Source of the DNA: Nanobdellota archaeon
GTDB taxonomy: Archaea; Nanobdellota; Nanobdellia; Parvarchaeales; Parvarchaeaceae
Direction of reading: 5' to 3'
Assembly: GCA_021852265.1 (NCBI GenBank)
Contig: JAJZNV010000016.1
Coordinates: forward strand, 189-64,188
Length of the DNA stretch: 64,000 nucleotides
Part shown: positions 8,668 to 17,455 of the stretch, one piece after another
Layout of the letters: every line of letters starts with the position of its first letter
How positions within the stretch are numbered: position 1 is the stretch's first letter
Notes under the pieces: generated by a model
The model's database searches: none
What the model was told of the DNA's origin: nothing
What the model saw: the letters and a program-made list of their open reading frames with translations, nothing else
Position numbers and translations under genes: made by a program

Positions 8668-8925
8668 CTAAGACTTTAACGATTCTAATAGCTCATGCAT
8701 TTTATCAATGTTATCGGCTTTCACGTCTTCCATGAGCGCCAATTTCTCTTTCTTCCTAAGCTTTACCTTTGCGCCGCTCTTCAGAACTTTTATAGATTCT
8801 TTATTTATGTCTGCAGGCTGGGCGCCTTCCCTTCGCTCCTTAAGTTCCTTCTTTGTGTATTTTACATGGTAGCTGCCAAAGTCTACCTCTTTTTTTATGT
8901 TTAAAAACCTGTATGTGCTTTCCAT
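8668..8925 (-). CDS. hypothetical lysine-rich small protein
   Basis: 85-codon ORF with gtttaaaa on its strand 23 nt upstream of the ATG. Confidence 0.5.
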   Translation of the reverse strand: MESTYRFLNIKKEVDFGSYHVKYTKKELKERREGAQPADINKESIKVLKSGAKVKLRKKEKLALMEDVKADNIDKMHELLESLKS

Positions 8926-9031
8926 ATATTACTAATCAAAAAACTTGCTTTTAAACGTTTCGGTTTGAAATAGTTTTACCGTAAATTTTAACTTAAGCTT
9001 TAAATTCTCACCGATAGATAAGATAAAAATT

Positions 9032-9116
9032 GCTGAGGTCGCGTAACCTGGCAGCGCGTAGCCCTGGAAAGGCTATGGGCACTTCGCCCTTGTGAGTTCA
9101 AATCTCACCCTCAGCG
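9032..9116 (+). tRNA. tRNA-Ser (anticodon GGA), class II with long variable arm
   Basis: Manual fold: acceptor GCTGAGG/CCTCAGC, anticodon stem TAGCC/GGCTA, loop CTGGAAA, long variable arm TGGGCACTTCGCCCTTG, T arm GTGAG-TTCAAAT-CTCAC, discriminator G. Confidence 0.85.
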
Positions 9117-9157
9117 TTTTTTTATTTTTTATTCTAATAAGATATCCTTGTAGTGCA

Positions 9158-11065
9158 TCAAATTTGCAATGCCCTTGTCCTTATTTTTTGTTCCAGATCT
9201 TTAATAAAATCTGCTAAATTAACCCCATATCTTGTTTTTCCATCTAATGTCCTTACCGCTATCCTATTTGCAGATTCCTCCTTATCCCCTACAATTAGGA
9301 CATATGGTATTTTCATCAGCTGACTTTCTCTAATCTTGTATTCCAGAGTAGAATTACTCTCGTTAATGTCGACTCTTATGCCTGCTTCAAAAAGTTTATC
9401 ATATACCTTTTTAGCATAAGCGTTGTTTCTTTCCGTTAGAGAAAGTATCCTGACCTGCTTAGGAGAAATCCATAACGGAAGTTCTCCACCTCCGTTGGAC
9501 AGTATTATCCCCATAAATCTGCCTATTGATCCCATCACTGAGCGGTGTACTACTACAGGTACGTGTTCTTTGTTGTCAGATCCTACATATCTCACATCAA
9601 AGCGATTGGCCAAGTTGAAATCTACTTGGAATGTGGATGCTGCATATGCAGATTCCGGTTTTCCAGTGAAATCAAGAACATAAATGTCTATTTTTGGTCC
9701 ATAAAAGGCTCCATCGCCTTCTTTTATAGTATATTCATAGCCGTTTTTCTCCAATGCATTCTTAAGCGCCTTCTCAGCTTTGTCCCAAACTTCGTCTGAT
9801 CCTATCCTTTGTTTGGGTCTAGTGGCTAAGGTCATTATTGGAGTCAACTTAAATAGTGAATAAACCTCCTTCAGCATATCGAAAAGCTTTAATATCTCGC
9901 CTTCTATTTGGTCTTCTGTCACATAAATATGTGCATCATTTTGTTCCAGTATCCTTGTTCGAAGAAGTCCATCGAGAGCCCCTTCGAGTTCATATCTGTG
10001 CAGGAATCCATAATCAGATAGCCGTAATGGCAAATCACGGTAGCTTCTTGTCTTTGATTTGAATACGACAGTTGAAAATGGACAATTCATCGGTTTTAGA
10101 GCATATTCATCTTCTTCAACTGCGAATGGAGAAGCACGGTACATATTCTCACGATATTTTTCGTAGTGTCCACTGATTTTCCAGACTTCTGATTTTGCTA
10201 TTATAGGGGTTATTATCTCTTGATAGCCATATTTTCTGTCCATCTCTTTGGCAAGTTTCAAAAGTTCGTTGTAAATTATAGTGCCATCCGGTAAGAAGAA
10301 AGGGGAGCCAGGCGACCAGCTGGATATTTCGAAAAGCTCAAGTTCTCTGCCTATCTTCTTATGGTCGTGTTTTGAGCGCTCAGCCTCGAATTTGTTATAC
10401 TCATCCAATTCATTTTTTGAGGGGAATGAAACCCCATAAATCCTTGTCAATACTTCCCTTTTGCTGTCGCCTCTCCAGTATGCACCAGCTACTTTTAGTA
10501 GTTTTACAGCCTTGATATATCTCGTAGAAGGTACGTGGGGACCGCGACAGATATCCATGAATTCTCCAGTCTCGTAAACAGTTATTGGCAATTCCGCGTC
10601 TTCAAGTATCTCTGCTTTGAATGTGTTTCCTTTGAAAAGTTCCAAAGCTTCTTTTTTAGATACCTCCTTCCTAAGGAATTTAGAATCTTCGTCAACGATT
10701 TTCTTCATTTCCTTTTCAATTTTAGGTAGATCATTATCACCAATCTTAAGGTTGTAAAAATCATAATAGAATCCTTCATCTATAGCCGGTCCCAGGGTGA
10801 GCAACGCTTCGGGGTAAAGTCTTTTTATAGCGGCAGCCATTATATGGGCACTAGAATGCCAGAAAACTTCCTTTCCTTCCCTAGAATCAAATTTAAGGAA
10901 CTCTATTTTTGTGCTTTTATTTATCTTCCTAGTCAGGTCGATAAGTCCGGTATCTATCTTTGCAACTAAAACGTCTTTTAATTGCACCCCAATTGACTTT
11001 GCTATCTCTATAGGTGATACAGATGAGTCAAATTTTTTCTTCTCGTTGTTATAAGTTATCTCCAT
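9158..11065 (-). CDS. thrS: threonyl-tRNA synthetase (TGS + second additional domain + class II core + anticodon-binding domain)
   Basis: TGS-like N-terminus MEITYNNEKKKF, HSSAHIMAAAIKRLYPE (editing/SAD motif) and class II core motifs. I chose the ATG at 11065 over the track's GTG at 11083 because a TATA-like tttttattata lies about 20 nt upstream of it. Confidence 0.93.
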   Translation of the reverse strand: MEITYNNEKKKFDSSVSPIEIAKSIGVQLKDVLVAKIDTGLIDLTRKINKSTKIEFLKFDSREGKEVFWHSSAHIMAAAIKRLYPEALLTLGPAIDEGFYYDFYNLKIGDNDLPKIEKEMKKIVDEDSKFLRKEVSKKEALELFKGNTFKAEILEDAELPITVYETGEFMDICRGPHVPSTRYIKAVKLLKVAGAYWRGDSKREVLTRIYGVSFPSKNELDEYNKFEAERSKHDHKKIGRELELFEISSWSPGSPFFLPDGTIIYNELLKLAKEMDRKYGYQEIITPIIAKSEVWKISGHYEKYRENMYRASPFAVEEDEYALKPMNCPFSTVVFKSKTRSYRDLPLRLSDYGFLHRYELEGALDGLLRTRILEQNDAHIYVTEDQIEGEILKLFDMLKEVYSLFKLTPIMTLATRPKQRIGSDEVWDKAEKALKNALEKNGYEYTIKEGDGAFYGPKIDIYVLDFTGKPESAYAASTFQVDFNLANRFDVRYVGSDNKEHVPVVVHRSVMGSIGRFMGIILSNGGGELPLWISPKQVRILSLTERNNAYAKKVYDKLFEAGIRVDINESNSTLEYKIRESQLMKIPYVLIVGDKEESANRIAVRTLDGKTRYGVNLADFIKDLEQKIRTRALQI

Positions 11066-11155
11066 AAAAGATAGGGAATTCACTATAATAAAAACTTAAT
11101 GTCTGTGATAATCGGTATAATACTCTTATATTAATTTTCATAAAAAACGTTTTAT

Positions 11156-11860
11156 ATGATGGGTGTCTGTTATACGCTGTGTAATATGTTTGAAAAACGC
11201 CTTTTGCAGAATAGATTAGCGTGCTCTAATGGGCTAAAGTTAGAAGACCTGTTGGTAGGGTGTGTAGAACATGATTCCAGACACAGTGCACTCCTGCCTG
11301 AAGATATAATTGAAGTGCAAGGGGGAGTATACCACGTTGAATTGCCCAAGAGCCTAAACTATATCGCAAGTAGTGCGCTAAGTTATGTTAACGAATATCA
11401 CGGGCCAGACAGGTTGCAAAGATATCTGAAATTTATCCGAAAAAATTTTGTAAAAGATTATACTGAAAAATTTGATTATAAGGCTTATTGTGGGAAAGTT
11501 CTAAATATGGATCGGATGATATCTATGGATTGTATGAATTCCACAGATGCAACGATACTTCTGAGTGCTATCCTGAATTTAGATCCTGAGATAAAAAATG
11601 CTGGATTTAAGAGCTTTTGTGTTGCGGGAGAACGCCTGCAATCTGGCAAACTCTACAGTACACTGGGCATAAAGCTTAAATCTAGCTCAAATACAATATT
11701 AATCCTTCCGTCCACTGGAGAGATTGAGTATGTGATGAAAAAGGTATTGCCTGCTTCTCTCTCGGGAACACATATCAGTGCATATGAGTCCCTTGAGGAT
11801 GGAAGACTTCTGATGATAGCACACGTCAATAAGATATACCGTAAGCGCAGTACAAATTAA
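11156..11860 (+). CDS. hypothetical protein
   Basis: 234-codon ORF with TATA-like ttatatta ending 23 nt upstream. There is a weak resemblance to transglutaminase-like Cys proteases (DCMNSTDATILLSAIL) that I cannot support further. Confidence 0.5.
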   Translation: MMGVCYTLCNMFEKRLLQNRLACSNGLKLEDLLVGCVEHDSRHSALLPEDIIEVQGGVYHVELPKSLNYIASSALSYVNEYHGPDRLQRYLKFIRKNFVKDYTEKFDYKAYCGKVLNMDRMISMDCMNSTDATILLSAILNLDPEIKNAGFKSFCVAGERLQSGKLYSTLGIKLKSSSNTILILPSTGEIEYVMKKVLPASLSGTHISAYESLEDGRLLMIAHVNKIYRKRSTN

Positions 11861-11870
11861 GATAATCATC

Positions 11871-12419
11871 ATGGTTTCTAAAATACCTTACATAACTGGA
11901 AATGAGTTGAAATTCAATGAAGCCAAGGAGATATTGGGCGAAATTATAGAGTGGGTCAAAATTGACCTGCCAGAAATACAGTCCCTGAATTCTAAAGAGG
12001 TACTTGTAGCAAAGGTAAAAGAGGCCTCAAAAAGGAAAGATAATTTTATAGTTGAGGATATCTCCTTTAAGCTTCGTTGTATCAATGGTCTCCCAGGAAC
12101 GTTAATAAAATGGTTCTTGAGTACTCTCGGTGCAAAGGGGATTTATAATTTAGCCAAAAAATACGGTGATTTCAGCGCCGAAGCGACTTGTGCAGTATGC
12201 TACGTAAGAAATAAGAGTGAGATGTTCTTTTTCGAATCTACAGTGCCAGGAAAAATAATTAAGCCGAAAGAAGATTCACTTCACGGTTGGGATAGCTTAT
12301 TTGAAGTGGGCGATTTAAAAAAGTCATTCTCAGAGTTAACCATACAGGAAAAGATCCTAGTTAGCCCCCGAGGAATAGCACTTAAGAAAGTGAAGGCCTT
12401 TTTGGAGTCTAGCTTGTAG
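11871..12419 (+). CDS. non-canonical purine NTP pyrophosphatase (Ham1/RdgB/ITPase family)
   Basis: ITGNELKFNEAKEIL, EDISFKL..INGLPGTLIKWF, HGWDSLF and a C-terminal VSPRGIAL follow the Ham1 motif order. Confidence 0.85.
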   Translation: MVSKIPYITGNELKFNEAKEILGEIIEWVKIDLPEIQSLNSKEVLVAKVKEASKRKDNFIVEDISFKLRCINGLPGTLIKWFLSTLGAKGIYNLAKKYGDFSAEATCAVCYVRNKSEMFFFESTVPGKIIKPKEDSLHGWDSLFEVGDLKKSFSELTIQEKILVSPRGIALKKVKAFLESSL

Positions 12420-13335
12420 TCCTTTCAAAGTTAGTCAGAAGTTCTTTATACTCAGAATACATTTTTTCCGCCGCAGACTCCAAAGCCACACGGTCTTCAT
12501 CCGAAAGCGATTTTTCAATAGAGGGTCCAATTGGGTTTCCAACGACGGTAGGCCTGCTTACATGTATAATTTCATCCTTAACCTTCATCGGCGGTGCAAT
12601 ACTCATTACTTTATGCTCGTTTTTAGCTATGGAGACGATTACATCGCGCATAGTCGTTGCCGGACCCCACGATGTTCCACCGAGCGTGCCTATTATCTGT
12701 GCAGCGATACCCTTCACGTAAGCGGATACTTCCTCACGCGTAAGTCTTCCCTTTGCGATGTCATCAAACGGTCTTCCGTTCACGCTTATGGTGTCCCAAA
12801 ATATCGACAGTCCTTCGCCATGTTCACCGCCTGTGTATCCATTTACTGAATTTACAGGAACACCGAGCTTATCTGCTATAAAAGAACGCAGTCTATTATT
12901 CTCTACTTGCGCTCCAGAACTTATTGTGTATTTACCGGAGTATTTCATAAAAACGGACGCCATCATATCAACAGGATTTGTAACCATTATATAAAGTGCA
13001 TTTGGATTTTTAGATGGCAATATCTTTGCAAACCCGGAAATTATTCTTGCGTTGTCCATGAATAGGTCGACCCTGCTTTGATTTGCCGTCCTTGGTTTAC
13101 CGGCGCTTATTAATATGATGTCTGAATTCTCCACCTTATCTATCAAATTTGTAGCGATAATCCGTGTGTTTATACCTTCTGCAGAGAGGGCATGCATGAG
13201 CTCGTCTTTCATCCTGTCGGGTACATTTGGTACTATATCCATTACTATTGCTTCATCGATTGCCCCAGACATAAGAGTTGCATAGATTATAGTCTGGCCT
13301 ATCCTGCCCGCACCGATAAAAGATACCCTTACCAT
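12409..13335 (-). CDS. mdh: malate/L-lactate dehydrogenase family (likely malate dehydrogenase)
   Basis: FIGAGRIGQT Rossmann motif, ISAGKPRTANQSRVDL and VTNPVDMM. Confidence 0.9.
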   Translation of the reverse strand: MVRVSFIGAGRIGQTIIYATLMSGAIDEAIVMDIVPNVPDRMKDELMHALSAEGINTRIIATNLIDKVENSDIILISAGKPRTANQSRVDLFMDNARIISGFAKILPSKNPNALYIMVTNPVDMMASVFMKYSGKYTISSGAQVENNRLRSFIADKLGVPVNSVNGYTGGEHGEGLSIFWDTISVNGRPFDDIAKGRLTREEVSAYVKGIAAQIIGTLGGTSWGPATTMRDVIVSIAKNEHKVMSIAPPMKVKDEIIHVSRPTVVGNPIGPSIEKSLSDEDRVALESAAEKMYSEYKELLTNFERTTS

Positions 13336-13427
13336 ATATACAATAATCCTTGTCTCGTATTAATAATTTAAGTTGATAAACCAGGCAGACAGAAAGAAAT
13401 AAATTAGATTAAAATTGTAGTTAGAGT

Positions 13428-14420
13428 ATGGAAGAATATGAACTTGGTATAGTTGGTGCAGGTCCAACGGGCTTATTTGCTACCTTTTGTGCAGGACTGC
13501 GGGAAATAAATAGCATAACTCTTGAGGGGCTTGAAAATACCGGCGGACAGGTACTTAAATTTTATCCCATAAAAGATGTTCTTGATATAGAAGGCATCCC
13601 AAAAATAAAAGGAATGGATTTGGCAGCGTCACTTCTTAAGCAGGCTGAGACATTTAACAATAAGATAGTAACCAACTCTAAAGTGACCGATATAAAAAGC
13701 GATGCTGGTAAATTTATTTTAGAGGTTAATGGCAGTGATGCATATAGTGTAAAGGCGATATTATTGTGTACTGGGATAGGATCTTTATTTCCTACAAAAT
13801 TAAACGCCGAGGGCGAGGAAGCATACGCAGGTAAGGGCGTGTATTATTCGGTAAACGCATTAGAACCTTTCAAAAACAAGAAGGTAGCGGTCGTTGGTGG
13901 CGGGGATTCGGGTTTTGATCTCGCCAATCAGATATCCTCTGTAGTCGATAAGATATACATTCTAGAATATGGTACCGCGGTAAAAGCGGCAGAGAGATCC
14001 GTTGCCGATCTCAAGGGCACCGGAAAGGCAGAGATAATGACAGATACAGAAGTGAAGGAAATTTTGGGGGACGGCCAGACGGTAAGAAAGATACAGGTTC
14101 TAAACCGCCAGACGAATTCGGAAACTACGTTGGATATAAGTGCAGTGATAGTCGCCATAGGTCACAAAACAGAAACCAACACCTTCAAATCAATAAAATT
14201 TGATACGTTTGCCAATAAGCTGGAAGTTGATGATAATTACAGCACGAGTATACCGGGAATATATGCTGCTGGCGATGCATGTACATCCGGTAATAGGCCT
14301 AAGATGGGTCTACTTGCTGTAGGCGGTTCGGAGGCATATATGGCAATAAATAGCATTAAGAAATATCTTAACCCGTCTGCCTCAATATACGGCGAACACA
14401 GTACTAACTTGAAACTTTGA
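13428..14420 (+). CDS. thioredoxin-reductase-like FAD/NAD(P) oxidoreductase lacking the CxxC redox pair (ferredoxin-NADP reductase type)
   Basis: GIVGAGPTGLFA (FAD), VAVVGGGDSGFDLA (NADPH) and YAAGDA. There is no CxxC between them. Confidence 0.8.
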   Translation: MEEYELGIVGAGPTGLFATFCAGLREINSITLEGLENTGGQVLKFYPIKDVLDIEGIPKIKGMDLAASLLKQAETFNNKIVTNSKVTDIKSDAGKFILEVNGSDAYSVKAILLCTGIGSLFPTKLNAEGEEAYAGKGVYYSVNALEPFKNKKVAVVGGGDSGFDLANQISSVVDKIYILEYGTAVKAAERSVADLKGTGKAEIMTDTEVKEILGDGQTVRKIQVLNRQTNSETTLDISAVIVAIGHKTETNTFKSIKFDTFANKLEVDDNYSTSIPGIYAAGDACTSGNRPKMGLLAVGGSEAYMAINSIKKYLNPSASIYGEHSTNLKL

Positions 14421-14531
14421 TAGATGGTGTTCGATAGTTTGTAATACTGCTGGTCGTTTAAATAACCGTGATAAACATTGAAAATATTACTACCTGAAAG
14501 TATTTATATAAGTGTATTTCTATAACTTTCT

Positions 14532-14924
14532 ATGGAAAACAAATATTACCTCAAGGGCGTACTTGTGCTTGTAAATAATCACAAAGTCTACATTAATGCG
14601 CTGAACCAAGAGGCATTAGGAAAGGATGATTTGGAAAAGATACTCGAAGATCCCCTCTCCTCAGAAAATTATCCAGAAAGCACTAAACTTAGTTATTTCC
14701 CTCCATTCGCAAATAACCGGCATTGTAGACAGAGTTACGCAGAGTTAACTTACGGACATATGGAGTCTATTGAGGAAAAATGTGAACGAGGTACAGTGAA
14801 AAGAACTGGCACGAAAGCAGTTTTTACAGGCTATCTAGATATAACAAATCCAGAGTTGGAAACTGTAGATAAAGCGTTATTAGGAAGAGCGCTGGCAAAT
14901 TATAACCGGGTAAAACCAAAGTGA
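14532..14924 (+). CDS. hypothetical protein
   Basis: 130-codon ORF with TATA tttatata (14503..14510) ending 22 nt upstream. Confidence 0.5.
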   Translation: MENKYYLKGVLVLVNNHKVYINALNQEALGKDDLEKILEDPLSSENYPESTKLSYFPPFANNRHCRQSYAELTYGHMESIEEKCERGTVKRTGTKAVFTGYLDITNPELETVDKALLGRALANYNRVKPK

Positions 14925-15087
14925 AAAACCAGTCATGCACCGGGTACCGATGAATTCTGTAGTGTGGAAATTCCTTGTTTAGTATGATCTACAAACTACT
15001 TTAAATCGGAGTAATAGCGATATGCAGAATATTTCGTAATGCTCCACGTATTATATCGTTGTATCGTTTATATCACTAAATTATCGG

Positions 15088-15471
15088 TTATCGGATGTAT
15101 GTTATATATGTAATATGCGCCGCTTTCAGAATATTTAGATATTGCGTACTGGACATTTCCCAATTCCATCCTTTATCAATGTAGACAGTCTTTAAATCAC
15201 TGGAAAAACCTATAAATGTGTCACGACGGCCGTCCGTGTAATCTGTCGCAGAGACAAATGTTCCGCCGTCGGCAGTATTTTCGAGATGGGATGACGGCCT
15301 AACTTTTTTACGCTTATCTCCCTACCAGCGTCCATCTGGTGCCGGGTAATAATTGCTACCGTCAAATTCCTCTAAAACTTTTTTTCTTAACGTTCGATTA
15401 AGCTTTTTCTCAAGGCGTATCATAACCCCTCCATGTAAGACTTCATCCAGTGTTACGATAGGCCTCTTCAT
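15088..15471 (-). pseudogene. 127-codon reading frame interrupted by a single in-frame TAG (15322..15324); not in the ORF track
   Basis: My reverse-complement translation gives MKRPIVTLDEVLHGGVMIRLEKKLNRTLRKKVLEEFDGSNYYPAPDGRW*GDKRKKVRPSSHLENTADGGTFVSATDYTDGRRDTFIGFSSDLKTVYIDKGWNWEMSSTQYLNILKAAHITYITYIR, ending at a TAA. It lies in an otherwise ORF-free 650-nt gap beside the 3' end of a tRNA gene. Confidence 0.4.
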
Positions 15472-15577
15472 AGTTTCTAATATGAGAAGAGGGAATATAT
15501 AAATCTTTCTATACTTTAAAATCGTAAATATTAGCTACTGTACACTTTTGGGCAGATACGACTACCCTTACTTTAAA

Positions 15578-15652
15578 TGGGGCAGCTGGGATTTGAACCC
15601 AGGACATCGTGAGCCCTAGTCACGTATCATAACCAAGCTAGATCACCGCCCC
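15578..15652 (-). tRNA. tRNA-Pro with apparent anticodon AGG (A34)
   Basis: Manual fold of the reverse complement: acceptor GGGGCGG/CTGCCCC (one G-U), D arm ATCT-AGCTTGGTTA-TGAT, anticodon stem CGTGA/TCACG, loop CTAGGGC, T arm CTGGG-TTCAAAT-CCCAG, discriminator A. G35, G36, G37 and A73 fit proline identity. Confidence 0.75.
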
Positions 15653-15713
15653 TTACGTAATTTATTAAAGTATAGTTCTATACGCTTAAATATTTCTATT
15701 TCCAATAATTATT

Positions 15714-16106
15714 ATGCCAAAAACAGCAAAAAAACATGCCAATAAGAAAAGGCTTTCTTCGAAAAAGTTATCTGTCTATATGCATACGGCTCATATCAGG
15801 AAGATATCCTCCGAAAAAGAACTTCACCACATGATACGTTTGTTGGGTGTGCTTTTTCCTTTAAAAGAAGACAAGGATATTAAACAGGATCTGGAATACC
15901 TGTCACTTATGGCCCACAAAAAAGGATTTAAAAGTCTTTATGGCCTTTTACAGGGGCTTTTAGCGGAAGAAGTTAGTTCGGCAAGGCTTGAAAAGGCATC
16001 TGATACCGTTTTGAAAATATTCAAAGATGAGTCGGGTGTGGACTTAACCACCAAAAAACCAAAACCAATCGGCACTAAGAAAAAAACTTGGTTTGCTTCA
16101 CTATAA
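15714..16106 (+). CDS. hypothetical protein with very basic N-terminus
   Basis: 130-codon ORF with TATA cttaaata (15685..15692) ending 22 nt upstream. Confidence 0.5.
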   Translation: MPKTAKKHANKKRLSSKKLSVYMHTAHIRKISSEKELHHMIRLLGVLFPLKEDKDIKQDLEYLSLMAHKKGFKSLYGLLQGLLAEEVSSARLEKASDTVLKIFKDESGVDLTTKKPKPIGTKKKTWFASL

Positions 16107-16135
16107 ACTGTTTAACAGCATTCTAATTGAATCCT

Positions 16136-16309
16136 TTAATATGAAGGCACTGTGGCGTTCTTCGTCGCGTTAGTTAATATCCCGATGTTACCAAAGATTC
16201 CCTTATCTATCAAGAATAGTATAACTATCAACAATACTAATGCTATTATAATAAGGATTAAAACTTCGAGTCCTAAGGACATTGCACCCCTTTTTTTAAA
16301 GTTTAACAT
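16136..16309 (-). CDS. small (57 aa) type IV pilin-like protein
   Basis: MLNFKKRGAMSLGLEVLILIIIALVLLIVILF has a basic residue and Gly followed by a long hydrophobic helix, like a class III signal. I chose the ATG at 16309 over 16330 because TATA gtataaat (16332..16339 on this strand) ends 22 nt upstream of it. Confidence 0.5.
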   Translation of the reverse strand: MLNFKKRGAMSLGLEVLILIIIALVLLIVILFLIDKGIFGNIGILTNATKNATVPSY

Positions 16310-16347
16310 ATCCACTTCTAGCTCGTCCATAATTTATACTTTTAGGC

Positions 16348-16836
16348 TTAGGTACACCACTGGTGACTAAAATAGATTATATTAGATGTGCCGGCTTCAG
16401 CGTAACCGGCGTATATTGGCTTGCCGGAGATCGTTACTCCCTCCGTTTTGTTGGAGCACAAAATGGTTCCACTATCATTTATGTCATATATGGTATACGA
16501 AAAATTGCCGTAGGGCATGCTAAAAGTTATGGGAGATGTGACATTTGCAGATGAATTTTGTCCGTTATAGTCTATGTACCATAAATTTTGGTCTCCAGCT
16601 GGAAATGTTTGGCAACCCGTAGTACACATATACGCAGTAAAGGAACTTTCTGCAGTGCCTGAAATACCACCGCCCCCGCTAGTAACCTGCTTTAAAAGGC
16701 TTCCGAAATTATTCAGTCCACCTATAAGGAAATTTCGGGTGGCAGAAGATAAGATGATTAGGACTACAAATGCGATTACCATAAATATCAGAAAAGTCAT
16801 TCCGAGGCTTACAGCACCGTACCTGTTAAACGCCAT
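16348..16836 (-). CDS. type IV pilin-like secreted protein (162 aa)
   Basis: MAFNRYGAVSLGMTFLIFMVIAFVVLIILS shares the G-A-x-S-L-G motif with the downstream small pilin, and the body has 4 Cys. I chose the start at 16836 because a TATA (16858..16865) lies 22 nt upstream. The longer track ORF would overlap the methyltransferase gene. Confidence 0.55.
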   Translation of the reverse strand: MAFNRYGAVSLGMTFLIFMVIAFVVLIILSSATRNFLIGGLNNFGSLLKQVTSGGGGISGTAESSFTAYMCTTGCQTFPAGDQNLWYIDYNGQNSSANVTSPITFSMPYGNFSYTIYDINDSGTILCSNKTEGVTISGKPIYAGYAEAGTSNIIYFSHQWCT

Positions 16837-16870
16837 TAGACTAAGAAGATCTTCAAATATTAAAACACAA

Positions 16871-17455
16871 CTATACCTTATAGAGAATGCACGCAGGTAA
16901 CCGTACCTTGTCTTTTCTGTGGAATGATGCAATGTTGGGTATCCACAGTTCTCCTAATTCGTACACTGACAATTCGTTCTCTCTGGCTATATTCTGTATC
17001 TCCCTATTTAACTTATAGATAAAGAAGAATGGCGTAGCACTATCCTTAAGCTTTGTTATGAATGCTCTTATACGAAAAGTACTTTGGAATCCAAAAGGTG
17101 GATTGGAGATTATAGTATCATATCTGTCCGTAACATCGAAAAAATCTTTCCGATACGCTTTACAATTGGCAATGTTTATCTTCTCTACGTTTGAGTTCGC
17201 GAGTTCTACCATTCTTTTGTCGATGTCGTACATATCGACGGTTCCCGCCCCCAACAATGCTGCGCCTATTCCAAGTATTCCATTTCCGCAGCCAAAGTCA
17301 GCTATTTTTTTACCTTTTAGGCACCCGAAAGAATCGACCACTAATAAGAAATTCACCGCCGTTGATATATCTGTGGAATACTGCTCTAGATGTATCTTGG
17401 GCTCGTTTATAGCCCCGAGTTCTTTCAATTTTATTGAGAGTTCTATCCTATCCAT
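16871..17455 (-). CDS. SAM-dependent N6-adenine-type methyltransferase (METTL5 / predicted RNA methylase family)
   Basis: IADFGCGNGILGIGAALLGA (motif I), DID, and ISNPPFG (NPPF catalytic motif). The start ATG at 17455 overlaps the gatE stop (ATGGATAG). Confidence 0.75.
   Translation of the reverse strand: MDRIELSIKLKELGAINEPKIHLEQYSTDISTAVNFLLVVDSFGCLKGKKIADFGCGNGILGIGAALLGAGTVDMYDIDKRMVELANSNVEKINIANCKAYRKDFFDVTDRYDTIISNPPFGFQSTFRIRAFITKLKDSATPFFFIYKLNREIQNIARENELSVYELGELWIPNIASFHRKDKVRLPACILYKV

Noticed and set aside
15614-15620. CUA in the anticodon loop of the tRNA next to the TAG-interrupted ORF, raising the idea of an amber suppressor or Pyl-like tRNA.
   Set aside because: In the only consistent fold, C-U-A occupies positions 32-34, not 34-36. 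The tRNA otherwise has proline identity elements, and no pyl genes are in the window.
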